The position numbers and the translations under genes are program-made. This document shows positions 1 through 10,551 of a stretch of 64,000 nt of DNA, in pieces. The notes beneath the pieces are model-generated. The model did not search any database. It was not told the DNA's origin and worked only from the letters and a program-made list of their open reading frames with translations. The DNA comes from Marivita sp. (GTDB lineage: Bacteria; Pseudomonadota; Alphaproteobacteria; Rhodobacterales; Rhodobacteraceae): assembly GCF_965216415.1 (NCBI RefSeq), contig NZ_CBDCFU010000001.1. One strand, 5' to 3'. The first letter of the stretch is position 1. The number at the start of each line of letters is the position of its first letter.

Positions 1-834
1 TATTACGTGCGCGGTGGGCAGGAACAGATGTGGCAGATGACAGAGACGCCGCGCCTTTATACCGAGGCCGAAGGCTGGCGACCCTACGCGCTCTGGGGCA
101 TGGGGATCGCCTCGCGAGATGTGACGGGCGACGGTCATCCGGAGGTCTATCTGACCTCAATGGGTGACCAGAAATTCCAAGTCTTCGATCCGGCCACCGG
201 CGGACCTACCTGGGTCGATGCGACCTACGACCGCGGCACCAGCGCGCACCGACCCCACACCGGCGTCGACGGGCGGCCGTCGACCGGCTGGCACGCTGCC
301 TTCGGCGACGTGAACAACGATACGCGAGACGATATCTTCGTGGCCAAGGGCAATGTCGAACAGATGCCAGACGCGGCGATGGATGACCCCAATTCGCTGC
401 TGGTGCAGACCGTCTCCGGCCGCTTCGAGGAACGCTCGGTCGTCGCCGGAGTCGCCTCGATGGCGCGCTCACGCGGCGCGGCGCTGGCCGATTTCGACAA
501 TGACGGTCGGCTCGACCTGGCAGTTGTCAACCGGCGCGCCAACATGGAGGTTTTCGCCAACGTGACCGAGGCCGGAAACTGGCTGCTGGTGGGGCTGTCC
601 GGCGCCGCACCCAACACAGGCGCGGTGGGCGCGGTGATCGAGGTGAAGGCACGAGGCGCCATCCAGACGCGCGAGATCACCGTCGGCGGCGGCCATGCGG
701 GCGGCCACGCTGGCCTGCAGCATTTCGGCCTGGGCAAGACAGAGGTCGCAGAGATCCGCGTGCTCTGGCCCGATGGCAAGTCAACTCAATGGCAGGATGC
801 ACAAGCAAACCGCATCCTCCGCTTGGCGCAATAA
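1..834 (+). CDS. CRTAC1/ASPIC-UnbV family protein with FG-GAP-like repeats (5' end outside window)
   Basis: Repeated DxxGDG/DxNND/DFDNDG motifs and C-terminal ASPIC-type 'HFGLG...EIRVLWPDG'; frame is open from base 1. Confidence 0.8.
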   Translation, partial: YYVRGGQEQMWQMTETPRLYTEAEGWRPYALWGMGIASRDVTGDGHPEVYLTSMGDQKFQVFDPATGGPTWVDATYDRGTSAHRPHTGVDGRPSTGWHAAFGDVNNDTRDDIFVAKGNVEQMPDAAMDDPNSLLVQTVSGRFEERSVVAGVASMARSRGAALADFDNDGRLDLAVVNRRANMEVFANVTEAGNWLLVGLSGAAPNTGAVGAVIEVKARGAIQTREITVGGGHAGGHAGLQHFGLGKTEVAEIRVLWPDGKSTQWQDAQANRILRLAQ

Positions 835-1111
835 CAGCGCCCTGATCTCTCGCCTCCGGCCTTCTTGGCCCAGCGGCGAAACAAGAACCGAAACCCGCTC
901 CGGCACACGGTCAGCGGCGTGGCACCGGTTTGGTCGGGCTCAAAGACTCCAAAATGGCTCTCACTTAACATTCTGATTTTAAAATATAAATTTTTTATCT
1001 TCGAATCTAGAAAAGAGACTTGACGGATGAAAAACAATTTAATCCTATTATATTACTTATTGGCGGAGGTTGCCGGAAAGACAGCCCGTCAAAGGCATAG
1101 GGAGGAATACC

Positions 1112-2029
1112 GTGAAACATACAAAAACCTTGTTCTCAGGGGCGGCTATGGCGTGCCTGTTGTCCACCGCAGCCTACGCGGAGGACTACACGATCGGCTT
1201 CAGCCAGGTCGGATCAGAGGGCGACTGGCGCCCAGCATTCTCGCGCAACATGCAGGACGAGGCCGGCAATTACGGCGTTGATCTGAAATTTGCCGACGCA
1301 CAGGGCCGGCAGGAAGAGCAGCTGCGCGCCGTGCGGGCCTTCATTGCCCAAGACGTCGACGCGATTATCATCGCGCCCGTTGTGGTCACCGGCTGGGAAG
1401 ACGTGCTTGAAGAAGCCAAGGATGCCGAGATTCCGGTTTTCCTCGTTGATCGCGACGTCGAAGTCGATGACCCGTCCCTTTACGTCAGCCGTATTTCTGC
1501 TGACTTCAATCTCGAAGGTAAGCTGGCCGGGGCATGGCTGGCCGCCGAAAGCCTTGGCAATTGCCAGATCGTCGAGATGCAAGGCACCACCGGGTCAGCC
1601 CCCGCCATTGAACGCAAGGGCGGTTTTGAGGCCGTGATCGATCAGTTCCCCGCAATGGAGATCGTAGCAACGCAGTCGGGTGACTTTACCACTGAAGGCG
1701 GTAAGCGCGTGATGGAGGCGTTCATCAAGTCGACCAACAACCTTGACGGTATCTGTGCCGCGTTTGCGCATAATGACAACATGCAGTTGGGCGCGATCCA
1801 AGCGATGAAGGAAGCCGGACTGAACCCGGGCGAAGACGTACTGATGGTGTCGGTCGACTACGTCCCCGCCATCGTCGATGCGATGAACGCCGGTGAGGCC
1901 AACGCTTCGGTCGAACTGCGATCGGCAGTGGCCGAGTTCATCTATCCGGTGGTGACGGGTTATCTTGAAAACCCATCCGAGCTGGACAAGTGGATCGTGA
2001 TCCCATCCGATTTGCACGTCGCTGAATAA
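1112..2029 (+). CDS. ytfQ: Sugar ABC transporter periplasmic binding protein (YtfQ/galactofuranose-like)
   Basis: Signal peptide; 'IGFSQVGSEGDWR', 'DAQGRQEEQ' motifs; GTG at 1112 follows GGAGG RBS. Confidence 0.85.
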   Translation: MKHTKTLFSGAAMACLLSTAAYAEDYTIGFSQVGSEGDWRPAFSRNMQDEAGNYGVDLKFADAQGRQEEQLRAVRAFIAQDVDAIIIAPVVVTGWEDVLEEAKDAEIPVFLVDRDVEVDDPSLYVSRISADFNLEGKLAGAWLAAESLGNCQIVEMQGTTGSAPAIERKGGFEAVIDQFPAMEIVATQSGDFTTEGGKRVMEAFIKSTNNLDGICAAFAHNDNMQLGAIQAMKEAGLNPGEDVLMVSVDYVPAIVDAMNAGEANASVELRSAVAEFIYPVVTGYLENPSELDKWIVIPSDLHVAE

Positions 2030-2068
2030 GATACGTCGCAAGATCTTGACGGTTATGACGGAACCAAT

Positions 2069-2092
2069 CGCTCTGCCTTAGAGGGCAGAGCG
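2069..2092 (+). terminator. Intercistronic stem-loop after binding-protein gene
   Basis: cgctctgcct-tag-agggcagagcg hairpin; no strong U-tract, so may be an mRNA stabiliser. Confidence 0.4.
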
Positions 2093-2147
2093 AGCGTTTC
2101 GCCATATCGCGAATACGCCGCAATGACTGAAGACTGAAGAGAGCGCC

Positions 2148-3653
2148 GTGTCGAAAAGTTCAACGAAAGTGGAAATGCGCGGTCTGAGAAAGGCGTATCC
2201 AGGCGTACTCGCCCTGGATAATGTCGATCTTGATCTCTTCGAAGGCGAGGTGCATGCGCTTCTGGGTGAAAACGGTGCGGGAAAATCCACGCTGATCAAA
2301 GTGCTGACAGGGGCGCTGGAACGTGATGCTGGCGATATCAGGATTGACGGCAAAAGCGTTTCTTTCGCCACCACGGGCGATGCTCAGGACGCTGGCATCT
2401 CGACTGTTTATCAGGAGGTGAACTTGATTCCGGCGATGTCGGTCATGCAGAATCTAACGCTTGAAAAGACCTACGGTCGTTTCGGTATCATCAACTGGCG
2501 CAAGGCTCGCCAGGACGCAAAACACAAGCTTGATCGACTCAATCTTGACCTCGATCTGGAGCGCGCGGTCTCAAGCTATTCGGTTGCCATTCAGCAAATG
2601 GTAGCCATCGCCCGTGCTCTTGATGACGACACGAGTGTACTCGTACTGGATGAACCGACGGCGTCGCTCGATTCAGACGAAACCGCGGCGCTTTTCAACG
2701 TGATCAGAAATCTGAAGGCAAATGGCATTGCCGTCGTCTTCATCACCCACTTCCTTGATCAGGTCTACGAGATTTCCGATCGCATCACGGTGCTGCGGAA
2801 TGGATGCAAAGTCGGAACCGGTCTCGCCGCAGATATTGATCGGAAGGAACTGATCGCAATGATGATCGGCCGAGAGTTGAGCGAGGTCGAAGACTCGTTC
2901 CGCAGGCGTCCACCGCAGAACTCCGGCGACATTGTGCTTGAAGCCAAGGGTGTCGGACGCAAACGAGTGCTCGCGCCATTCGACCTCTCCTTGCGAACGG
3001 GTGAAGTCGTGGGGCTTTCCGGTCTTCTCGGTTCCGGCAGGACGGAGCTTCTCAAGCTCATCTTCGGGGCCATATCTCCGGATAGCGGCCACGTTGAACT
3101 GAGACGTGGCAGCGCGGGCATCTCGCCCAAGCATTCGCTGCATGCTGGTATCGCCCTCTGCCCCGAAGACCGGAAGTCCGAGGGCTTGGTCGGTGAATTG
3201 TCGATCCGAGAAAACATTATTCTGTCGATGCAATCCAAACGCGGCTGGCTGCGCCAGATAAGCCGGGCCGAACAGGGGCGGATCGCCAATGAGATGATCA
3301 AGGCAATGTCGATCGCGACACCGGACGCGGAAAAACCGGTGAGACAGCTGTCCGGCGGGAACCAACAGAAAGTCGTGCTGGCTCGCGCTTTGGCTTCGAC
3401 CCCACGTATCATGCTGCTTGACGAACCGACGCGCGGCATAGACGTGGGCGCGCATGCTGAAATCCTGACCCTGATCCGCCAGCTTTGCGAGGATGGTCTT
3501 GCTCTTTTGGTCGCGTCATCCGAGATTGACGAAGTCGTCTCTTCTTCCGACAGGGTCGCCGTGATGCGCGATCGTCAAAAGCTAGGTGAACTAGCAGGCG
3601 ACGATATCACCCGTGACAAAATCGTAGGCATGATCGTAGGTGACCATGGCTGA
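2148..3653 (+). CDS. ytfR: Sugar ABC transporter ATP-binding protein (two ABC domains)
   Basis: GENGAGKST Walker A, LVLDEPT and MLLDEPTRG Walker B, LSGGNQQK signature. Confidence 0.92.
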   Translation: MSKSSTKVEMRGLRKAYPGVLALDNVDLDLFEGEVHALLGENGAGKSTLIKVLTGALERDAGDIRIDGKSVSFATTGDAQDAGISTVYQEVNLIPAMSVMQNLTLEKTYGRFGIINWRKARQDAKHKLDRLNLDLDLERAVSSYSVAIQQMVAIARALDDDTSVLVLDEPTASLDSDETAALFNVIRNLKANGIAVVFITHFLDQVYEISDRITVLRNGCKVGTGLAADIDRKELIAMMIGRELSEVEDSFRRRPPQNSGDIVLEAKGVGRKRVLAPFDLSLRTGEVVGLSGLLGSGRTELLKLIFGAISPDSGHVELRRGSAGISPKHSLHAGIALCPEDRKSEGLVGELSIRENIILSMQSKRGWLRQISRAEQGRIANEMIKAMSIATPDAEKPVRQLSGGNQQKVVLARALASTPRIMLLDEPTRGIDVGAHAEILTLIRQLCEDGLALLVASSEIDEVVSSSDRVAVMRDRQKLGELAGDDITRDKIVGMIVGDHG

Positions 3654-4668
3654 GACAGCGAAAGAAACAATCCCCCAAAGGATCTTCAGTAGTCGTGCGA
3701 TCTGGCCCTTGCTGGCATTGGCCGTGATCCTCATCGCTGACGGATTCATCTCTCCCGGCTTCTACGACATCCGCATTGTCGAAGGGCGTCTGTTCGGCAA
3801 CCTGATCGACATCGTTTATCGTGCGGTGCCAACAGCCCTCGTGGCGCTTGGTATGGCACTGGTGATCGGAACAAAAGGGATCGATCTGTCGGTCGGCGCC
3901 ATTGCGGCTATCGTCGGCGCTGTGATCGCCTGGCGCATCCAGGCCGGTGACCCGCATGTGTTGGTGCTGTTTTATGCCTTGGGTGCTGGCATCCTCTGCG
4001 GCATCTGGAACGGTACGCTTGTCGCGATGCTGGGCATCCAACCCATCATCGCCACGCTGATCCTGATGGTATCAGGTCGCGGGATCGGGATGCTGATCAA
4101 TGGCATTTACGGTGGCACCGACCCGAGCTTCCAAAGCGCGTTCCTTCAGGGCATGTCGACGGGATCGATCTTCTATATCCCGACACGACTCTATGTCTTT
4201 GCGATGCTGTTCCTTCTCCTGTGGTTTCTGGTGCGGCGCACAGCCTTGGGTCTTTTCATCGAGGCGACCGGCGGGAATGCGTCCGCCTCCAACCTCGCCG
4301 GGGTGAATGCGAGGCTCATCACTTTCACCGTGTATGTGATCAGTGGGTTGATGGCGGCTTGGGCCGGCGTGATCCTGACGGCCGACACTCACACCTCTGA
4401 CCCCGTGTCTGTCGCTCTATATATCGAACTGGATGCTATCCTTGCGGTCGTCATCGGCGGCGGATCACTCGCGGGAGGCCGCATTTATCTAGGCATGACA
4501 GTCATCGGGGCGCTGGTGATACAAGCGCTGACGACGTCAATCCTGATTTCCGGCCTACCACCCGAATACAACTTGATCATCAAGGCGATGGTCGTGCTTT
4601 TCGTGCTTGTCCTGCAGTCCGAAAACGCACGTCGCGGCGTGATGGCAAGACTGAAGCGAGGCGTATAA
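3646..4668 (+). CDS. ytfT: Sugar ABC transporter permease
   Basis: 'GIDLSVGA' and 'ELDAILAVVIGG' motifs; hydrophobic; overlaps neighbours. Confidence 0.88.
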   Translation: MAETAKETIPQRIFSSRAIWPLLALAVILIADGFISPGFYDIRIVEGRLFGNLIDIVYRAVPTALVALGMALVIGTKGIDLSVGAIAAIVGAVIAWRIQAGDPHVLVLFYALGAGILCGIWNGTLVAMLGIQPIIATLILMVSGRGIGMLINGIYGGTDPSFQSAFLQGMSTGSIFYIPTRLYVFAMLFLLLWFLVRRTALGLFIEATGGNASASNLAGVNARLITFTVYVISGLMAAWAGVILTADTHTSDPVSVALYIELDAILAVVIGGGSLAGGRIYLGMTVIGALVIQALTTSILISGLPPEYNLIIKAMVVLFVLVLQSENARRGVMARLKRGV

Positions 4669-5621
4669 TGTCGGCACTCATCAACAAAAAATACCTGCCC
4701 TTCTTCGCGACCGTCTTCGTGTTTGTCGCGATTTTCCTGATCGGCGGAGGGATGTACAACAACTTCCTTTCGACACGGGTGCTGGGCAATATCCTTGCCG
4801 ACAACTCCTTCATCATCATCGCCGCCATTGGCGCGACCTTCGTGATCCTGTCCGGCGGAATTGATCTATCGATCGGTTCCATGATCGGCTTTGTAGGTGT
4901 TTGTATGGCGGTGCTGGACAGCATGGGATTCGATCCGCTGACGACCACTATTCTGATGCTCATCTTCGGGTTCACCTTTGGCGCGTTTCAGGGTTGGGTG
5001 ATTGATGCGCTTGATATCCAGCCGTTCATTATCACTCTTGCAGGGCTCTTCCTGCTGAGGGGCATGTGTTTCATGGTAACGATCAATTCGGTGCCGATCA
5101 CACATGAATGGGCGGACTTTTACTCTGACATTCGGATCGACCTTCCCGGCAAGGGGCGGCTGCGCTCCTCGGCCATCGTCATGCTGATCAGCCTCGCCGC
5201 GGCGATCTTCATCGCGCATTTCACCCGCTTCGGTTCCAATGTCTACGCTATCGGCGGTGACAAGGAATCCGCCCGTCTGATGGGTGTGAACATCCGCAAG
5301 ACCACCGTGCTCATCTATGCGACAGCGGGTTTTTACTCGGCGCTGGCGGGCGTTGTGTATGCCTTGTATACAAAATCGGGCTATCCGCTCGCAGGCTCCA
5401 CGCTCGAGCTTTCGGCGATCGCCGCCGTTGTTCTGACCGGCGGCGTCGGCACCGTAGCGGGCACACTCTTCGGCGGGATGATCCTTGGGCTGATCTCGAC
5501 ACTGATCATTTTCAATGGCTCGCTCAATTCCGCATGGATCCTAATCAGCAGCGGGGTCTTGCTTTTCGTGTTCATCGTGATGCATCGGTTCCTTGTGGGA
5601 ACTTTTGGAATCAAGGGATGA
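4668..5621 (+). CDS. yjfF: Sugar ABC transporter permease (YjfF-like)
   Basis: 'ILSGGIDLSIGS', 'PFIITLAG', 'YAIGG' motifs; TAATG overlap with upstream gene. Confidence 0.88.
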   Translation: MSALINKKYLPFFATVFVFVAIFLIGGGMYNNFLSTRVLGNILADNSFIIIAAIGATFVILSGGIDLSIGSMIGFVGVCMAVLDSMGFDPLTTTILMLIFGFTFGAFQGWVIDALDIQPFIITLAGLFLLRGMCFMVTINSVPITHEWADFYSDIRIDLPGKGRLRSSAIVMLISLAAAIFIAHFTRFGSNVYAIGGDKESARLMGVNIRKTTVLIYATAGFYSALAGVVYALYTKSGYPLAGSTLELSAIAAVVLTGGVGTVAGTLFGGMILGLISTLIIFNGSLNSAWILISSGVLLFVFIVMHRFLVGTFGIKG

Positions 5622-5655
5622 GCGCGATGATGGGAACGACCGGGATGACGGGCAC

Positions 5656-6396
5656 ATGAAGAAATCGTCCGCGATGGCGCAGACAGGTCATGCTGGCCAG
5701 GGTGCTACGTTGTTTTTCGGCCACGGATCCTCGCCCGCAAGTGTGGTGAACGCGCTGGGGCGGGAAATCGTGGCGGGCACCTTTCCCGAAAGGGTCACGC
5801 TGCCGCCCGAGCCCGAGATGCTCGACCGGTTCGGCATCTCGCGTACTGCGTTGCGCGAGGCCTATTCCAAGCTGACGGCAAAGGGGTTGCTGCAGGCTCG
5901 GCCCCGGGTCGGCACCTCGGTCAGGCCACGCGCGCAGTGGAACATGCTTGATCACGACGTTCTGGCCTGGCACCTGCAGACCGTGCCCGCCGAAGAAATC
6001 GCCACCGATCTCTACGCGCTGCGACGAATGATCGAACCCTCGGCCGCAGCGCTTGCCGCGACAAGCCGGAATGAGGCGGATGTCGAGGCGATCTACACCG
6101 CGCTAGAGGCGATGAAGGTCAACTCCAAGGTCGAGGCAGACTACGGCTTTCATGTGGCTATTCTTACCGCCACCAAAAACCCTTTCATCAACGCCTTCTC
6201 ATCGCTTATCCGCGCGGCGATGCTATCGGTTTTCGAGATGTCCTGGCGTGGAGCCGAAGTGATCAAAGACGACCGCATCAAGCAGCACGAAATGGTCGCA
6301 GATGCGATTCGCGATGAGGATCCGCAAGCCGCGCACCGGCTGATGGAAGAGCTTCTGGGAGATTCGATCAAAGACGCCCGAGCAGCTGCGAAATGA
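5656..6396 (+). CDS. GntR/FadR-family transcriptional regulator
   Basis: wHTH 'FGISRTALREA...KGLLQARPRVGT'; 'WNMLDHDVLAW'; FCD 'ADYGFH'. Confidence 0.88.
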   Translation: MKKSSAMAQTGHAGQGATLFFGHGSSPASVVNALGREIVAGTFPERVTLPPEPEMLDRFGISRTALREAYSKLTAKGLLQARPRVGTSVRPRAQWNMLDHDVLAWHLQTVPAEEIATDLYALRRMIEPSAAALAATSRNEADVEAIYTALEAMKVNSKVEADYGFHVAILTATKNPFINAFSSLIRAAMLSVFEMSWRGAEVIKDDRIKQHEMVADAIRDEDPQAAHRLMEELLGDSIKDARAAAK

Positions 6397-6429
6397 CCCT
6401 GCGGCACGGCATCCACGCCAGAAGAGCGC

Positions 6430-7071
6430 CGGCATAAGCTTTGTTCCCAGACCCGGCTGCGACTCCTTTGATCGCAGGAATGAGCCAATTGTTTGGATGC
6501 TGCTGTGGGTCGCCTCAGCATTTCGCAACGCGCGAAAGCGCTGGCGATATATCAAGGGTTTCGTAGTAGCATTGTCGCTTTCAATCGGGTTGCTTCGCGA
6601 CTTGCGATCAATGTGACAAATGCTTTCGAAGTTCGGATCATATTGATGATCGAGCTCGGTAATGATGTGCCGATACCTGTCAAGGCACAGAGCCATGTCG
6701 CTGCGCAGAGAAGCCAGATATATGTGGTCCTTTCGCGTTTTCGTGCTGCCCGAAGTGCTGGTTAAAGCTATTCTCCGCTCGAAGGCGACCGGGCTGTTCC
6801 AGCCCAATGCTGAGTGGCTTCGGCACGGATTTTAGAAGCCGTTGATGTACTGAAAGATGGGCGTGTCAGCTTCGCGTCTTGTCGGCCACGATCTCCTCCA
6901 AATCGCGGTAGCAGACGGCGTAGCGGAGGTAGAAGAAAACCGCGCGCAGGATCACCGACTTCGGATAATGCACGCCCTTGAACTCGATCACGCCAACCGC
7001 CTCTTGCCAACTCCCTGACAGCGCTGAAATCTCAGAACCAACGAGGGAACCCGAAATTTGGCGATACTACC
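6430..7071 (-). mobile_element. Decayed IS6-family element (transposase pseudogene)
   Basis: From GTG 6991: 'IEFKGVHYPKSVILRAVFFYLRYAVCYRDLEE' (IS6 N-term); further on 'HIDRKSRSNPIESD...YRQRFRALRNA' (IS6 C-term); stops and frameshifts; possible end GGTAGTATCGCCAAA at 7071. Right boundary approximate. Confidence 0.75.
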
Positions 7072-7114
7072 GTTTAGATAACGATATTGTTCTCCGGCAA
7101 ACCCTTCACTGGCT

Positions 7115-8044
7115 TCACTGAGGGCCAGAACTGTTGTGTCCGTAGAGCGAAGCGCTCTTGTGTGCATTTTCCTCGTGTTCGAATTCGAGGCTGGAATGAG
7201 TGATGCCGAAGCGGTCACTCAGACGTTCTTTCATTGCGTTCTTCGTCGCCTCGATTTGCGACCAGCGGTGCGTGGTGACGACGACATGGCAGTCGAGCGC
7301 TGGCTCGTGTTCCTGTATCTGCCACAGGTGCACGTGATGGACATCCGCGACGCCATCGACTTCGCGCATCGCGTTGATAACGGCTTCGCTGTCGATGTCA
7401 GGCGGGCTGCCCAGCATCAACGTCCGGATCGGACCGGCGATTTCGGTCAAGCCGAGGTACAAGATGTAGACCGCGATGCTGATGGTGATCGCGGGATCGA
7501 CCCAGCGCAGGTCGTAGAGAATGATCAACGTACCACCGACGATCACGGCGACAGATGCGAGCACGTCGCTGAGATTGTGCAGGAAAAGCGCGCGTATGTT
7601 GACGCTGCCCTTCTGCATCGGCCACGTCAGCGCCGCCGTCAGCGCGTCAACGGCCAACGCCACGCCACCGAGGATCACGACTGTCCAGCCCTGCACCTCG
7701 GGAGGGTCGATCATCCGCATGCCGCCCTCGTAGATCAGATAGACGCCAACAAGGATCAGTGTCGTATAGTTGATGAGCGCTGCAACGATCTCGATCCGGC
7801 CGTATCCAAAGGTCATGCGCGCATCTGCGGGCCGTCGTGCGATTTTGCGGGCCGCGAAGGCGATCACCAAGGATGCCATGTCGGAGAGATTGTGCAGCGC
7901 GTCCGCGATCAGCGCAAGACTGCCCGAGACGATCCCGCCCACGATTTGCGCGACAGTCAGAAGCGCGTTAGACCAGATGGCGATTGCGACGCGTCGATCT
8001 CCGGATTTCTGATCTATATTTGCGTGCCCGCTGTCATGCGGCAT
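7115..8044 (-). CDS. czcD: Cation diffusion facilitator (CzcD-like Zn/Co/Cd exporter)
   Basis: 'ALIADALHNLSD', 'FLHNLSD', 'DVHHVHLW'; ATG 8044 with GGAGG RBS. Confidence 0.88.
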   Translation of the reverse strand: MPHDSGHANIDQKSGDRRVAIAIWSNALLTVAQIVGGIVSGSLALIADALHNLSDMASLVIAFAARKIARRPADARMTFGYGRIEIVAALINYTTLILVGVYLIYEGGMRMIDPPEVQGWTVVILGGVALAVDALTAALTWPMQKGSVNIRALFLHNLSDVLASVAVIVGGTLIILYDLRWVDPAITISIAVYILYLGLTEIAGPIRTLMLGSPPDIDSEAVINAMREVDGVADVHHVHLWQIQEHEPALDCHVVVTTHRWSQIEATKNAMKERLSDRFGITHSSLEFEHEENAHKSASLYGHNSSGPQ

Positions 8045-8507
8045 CCAAGACCTCCAAGTCGATTGGGCCGGATCGCATTCAGTCAACGATGGACCGAACC
8101 CGACGCGGGTGAATATCCCGGGTTCGAACATTCGCAAAATGCAGGACAATACCGCTGTAGATCAGGTTGCCCAGCTTGCCAAATACCCGGCGATGCTCTG
8201 CATGGAACACGGCCAGCGTATCATATGTTCCGAAATCGGGAGCGATAAAAGTATTTTAGATTTAAGTGTTGTGTCCTGTCCATTTTTGATGAAGGCGCGC
8301 TCAGTAGATTGACCTGAAAGTGGCCTAAACGAGCACCTGGAGCGGCATGAAAGCGGCACAGGATCTCAAAGGATTATCAACAATCAAGAGTGTCAGCCGC
8401 ATTTCGCTGTCCGCAAGGCGGGAATCCATGGCGACTCCACTCTGAGCGTCATCGTCGCGGCGCTTACCGCGGCAATTAAGACCGGCCACAACACGTAGAT
8501 CTGTTCC

Positions 8508-8533
8508 GGAACCTTCCAAGGAAGCATTCCGTT
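8508..8533 (+). promoter_or_regulatory. Sigma-EcfG-type promoter of DUF2892 gene
   Basis: GGAAC-N17-CGTT, 36 nt before ATG. Confidence 0.7.
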
Positions 8534-8569
8534 GTTCCAGTGACTCGTTTGATAGGAGAATGGTAAAAA

Positions 8570-8767
8570 ATGTTCGATCAAAACGTGGGACGCTGGGATC
8601 AAGCCGCTCGGATCACCATTGGACTGGTGCTGCTTGGCTTCGCGTTGTTCTGTCCTTGGGCTGCCAGTTTCGGGGCGGTCGTGACATGGCCATCCGGTAT
8701 CATAGGAGCGGTGCTTCTGTTTACGGGCCTGACACGGCGATGTCCGGCGTATCGCCTTATGCGGTGA
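8570..8767 (+). CDS. DUF2892/YgaP-like small membrane protein
   Basis: 'NVGRWDQAARI...LLFTGLTRRCPAY' pattern; AGGAG RBS. Confidence 0.85.
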   Translation: MFDQNVGRWDQAARITIGLVLLGFALFCPWAASFGAVVTWPSGIIGAVLLFTGLTRRCPAYRLMR

Positions 8768-8911
8768 TGCCTACGCTTCGACGAGGGACATGCATCTATA
8801 ACGCCGGCGCATCCCGCAGAATGGTCCAAGTCGAGGGCGAGCATGACCGGATCGGCACAGCTAGCTACGAACTCCCGTGGAAATTCGAGCCGCGATAAAT
8901 GAGATTTGCTC

Positions 8912-9808
8912 TCAGCTGCGCTCAACCAATGCAGAGGCCGCCACAGAATAGTCGCTGATCTCCGCCCACGGGTCTTCCATCTGTCCGAGGCGCCGGAAGA
9001 TTGATGAGATCGTGTATCCATCCGGCGTCAGGTCCGAGGCGAAGGCTTCCTCCCATCGGATCGGTGTAGCGACAGGCGCCCCAGGGAGCGCCCGCACGCC
9101 ATAAGGCGCAATCGCGGTTTGCCCATCGGCTGTGCGAAAGGTGTCGATCAGCACCCTGTCGCCGCGCTTGTCCTTGCGCTGCTCGGTGGTGGCAACGCTC
9201 GGATGTGCCTCGGAAACCTCGGCGGCGATCCCGCGCGCGAATGGGCGCAGCGCGTCGACATGGGCCGAGCCATCCAGTGGCAGCACGATATGCAGCCCGC
9301 GCGAACCGGTTGTGGCCACGAAGCTCTGCAGATCGCGATCTTCCAGCGCCTTGCGTACCGCGCGCGCCACCTCTTGCACCTTGGTGAAATCGTCGTCCGA
9401 TGGATCGAGGTCGAAGATCATGCGGTCAGGACGGTCCGGGCTGCCAGCATGCGCCAGCGCGAGGTGAAGCTCGACGCAGCCCTGATCGGCAAGGTAGACG
9501 GCAGTGGCCGGTTCCGTCGCCAGCGCGTGGGTTACCGTGCCGCCCTTCTTGGGCAGTTCCATGCGTGTGATCCAGTCGGGGAAATGGTCCGGTACGTTCT
9601 TCTGGAAGAAGCCTCCCTGGTCGATCCCGTCGGGAAAGCGCCGCAGCGTCAGCGGTCGGTCCTGCCAGTGCCGCAGCGCGATTTCGGCTATGCGGGCAAA
9701 ATACTGGGCGAGGTCGAGCTTGGTGATGCCATCGCCGGGGAAGAGAACCTTGTCGGCGTTGGAAATCTCGACCTCGCGGCTACCGGCGCTGACGATCTCC
9801 GTGGTCAT
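8912..9808 (-). CDS. Stand-alone LigD polymerase (primase-polymerase) domain protein
   Basis: 'RRFPDGI..FFQKN', 'MIFDLDP', 'TTGSRGLH', 'APYGVRALPGAPVATP'; likely start MTTEIV, ATGA overlap with upstream gene. Confidence 0.88.
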   Translation of the reverse strand: MTTEIVSAGSREVEISNADKVLFPGDGITKLDLAQYFARIAEIALRHWQDRPLTLRRFPDGIDQGGFFQKNVPDHFPDWITRMELPKKGGTVTHALATEPATAVYLADQGCVELHLALAHAGSPDRPDRMIFDLDPSDDDFTKVQEVARAVRKALEDRDLQSFVATTGSRGLHIVLPLDGSAHVDALRPFARGIAAEVSEAHPSVATTEQRKDKRGDRVLIDTFRTADGQTAIAPYGVRALPGAPVATPIRWEEAFASDLTPDGYTISSIFRRLGQMEDPWAEISDYSVAASALVERS

Positions 9809-10551
9809 GTCCCGGCAACCTCGCGCGTGACCTTTTCCGCACGCTTGTCCCTGCGCAAATCCAGAGGCCTTGGGTGGCGCAATTTCTCGGCCATCGTCCA
9901 TTCGGTAAAGCCGATCTCGGCAACGAGGTCCGGACGGAGCCACAGCGCGTCCTCGTCCACCGCGTCGGACAACAAGGGCGACGTATCACGGCGGTCATCC
10001 AGCATGTCGCTCGACGACGTCAGGAAGGTGTCTTCTAAGCCCGTGCCGACCTTGTCGGCGTAACGCAGCGTGCCGTTCTCGCAATCGCCTGGAAGCAATG
10101 AGCTGAAGCACGGGCTATCCGTCTTCGACTCGGTGAAACCGCCGATAACAGGCTCAACCCTAATGGCGCATTTGAACTGCAGCCATTTGCGAGAGCGGCT
10201 GTGAAGGTAGTGCGCGCCCAAGTCTTTGGCGATCAGCGCTTCCCAGCCCTTGTCGCAGGCCTCCTTGCAACCGGCCCCGCCCTCTTCGGTTCGGTGCTGT
10301 TTATAGCGCAGCGGGTCTTCGAAGTGCAGCGCAGGCTGTTCGGCCAGCGCCTGGACCCGTTCGGGCCTCGTCTCGGTCATGTCGTGCCAGTTGCGGTTGG
10401 TCAGCCGTAGCCGGTCGCAATCGCGGAAGACAAGAACGCGCGCGTAGAACCAATCTGCATCGGAGAAGTGGTCGTCGGTTAGCATCGTCCGCATCGACGG
10501 GCTTTCGGGCAGACCCTTGGTCAGCGCCGCGATGTCCGCATCTCCTGTCAT
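9805..10551 (-). pseudogene. Stand-alone LigD-type ATP-dependent ligase domain, open frame but catalytically gutted
   Basis: Keeps 'KGWEALIAK', 'VIGGFT', 'WLRPDLVAEIGFTEWT'; motif I ExKxDG absent ('DWFY|ARVL'); motifs III/IIIa absent ('EQPA|LHFEDP'). Confidence 0.75.

Noticed and set aside
5620-5655. Imperfect 15-bp repeat (DRDDG) suggesting a longer FadR N-terminus
   Set aside because: Two degenerate units only; an upstream start would overlap yjfF, so treated as intergenic
7136-8248. 370-aa plus-strand ORF and other long antisense ORFs (e.g. 9119-10063, 27713-28885, 44135-45316, 50438-51850, 57775-58707)
   Set aside because: Shadow frames of high-GC genes that have clear family motifs on the other strand or frame
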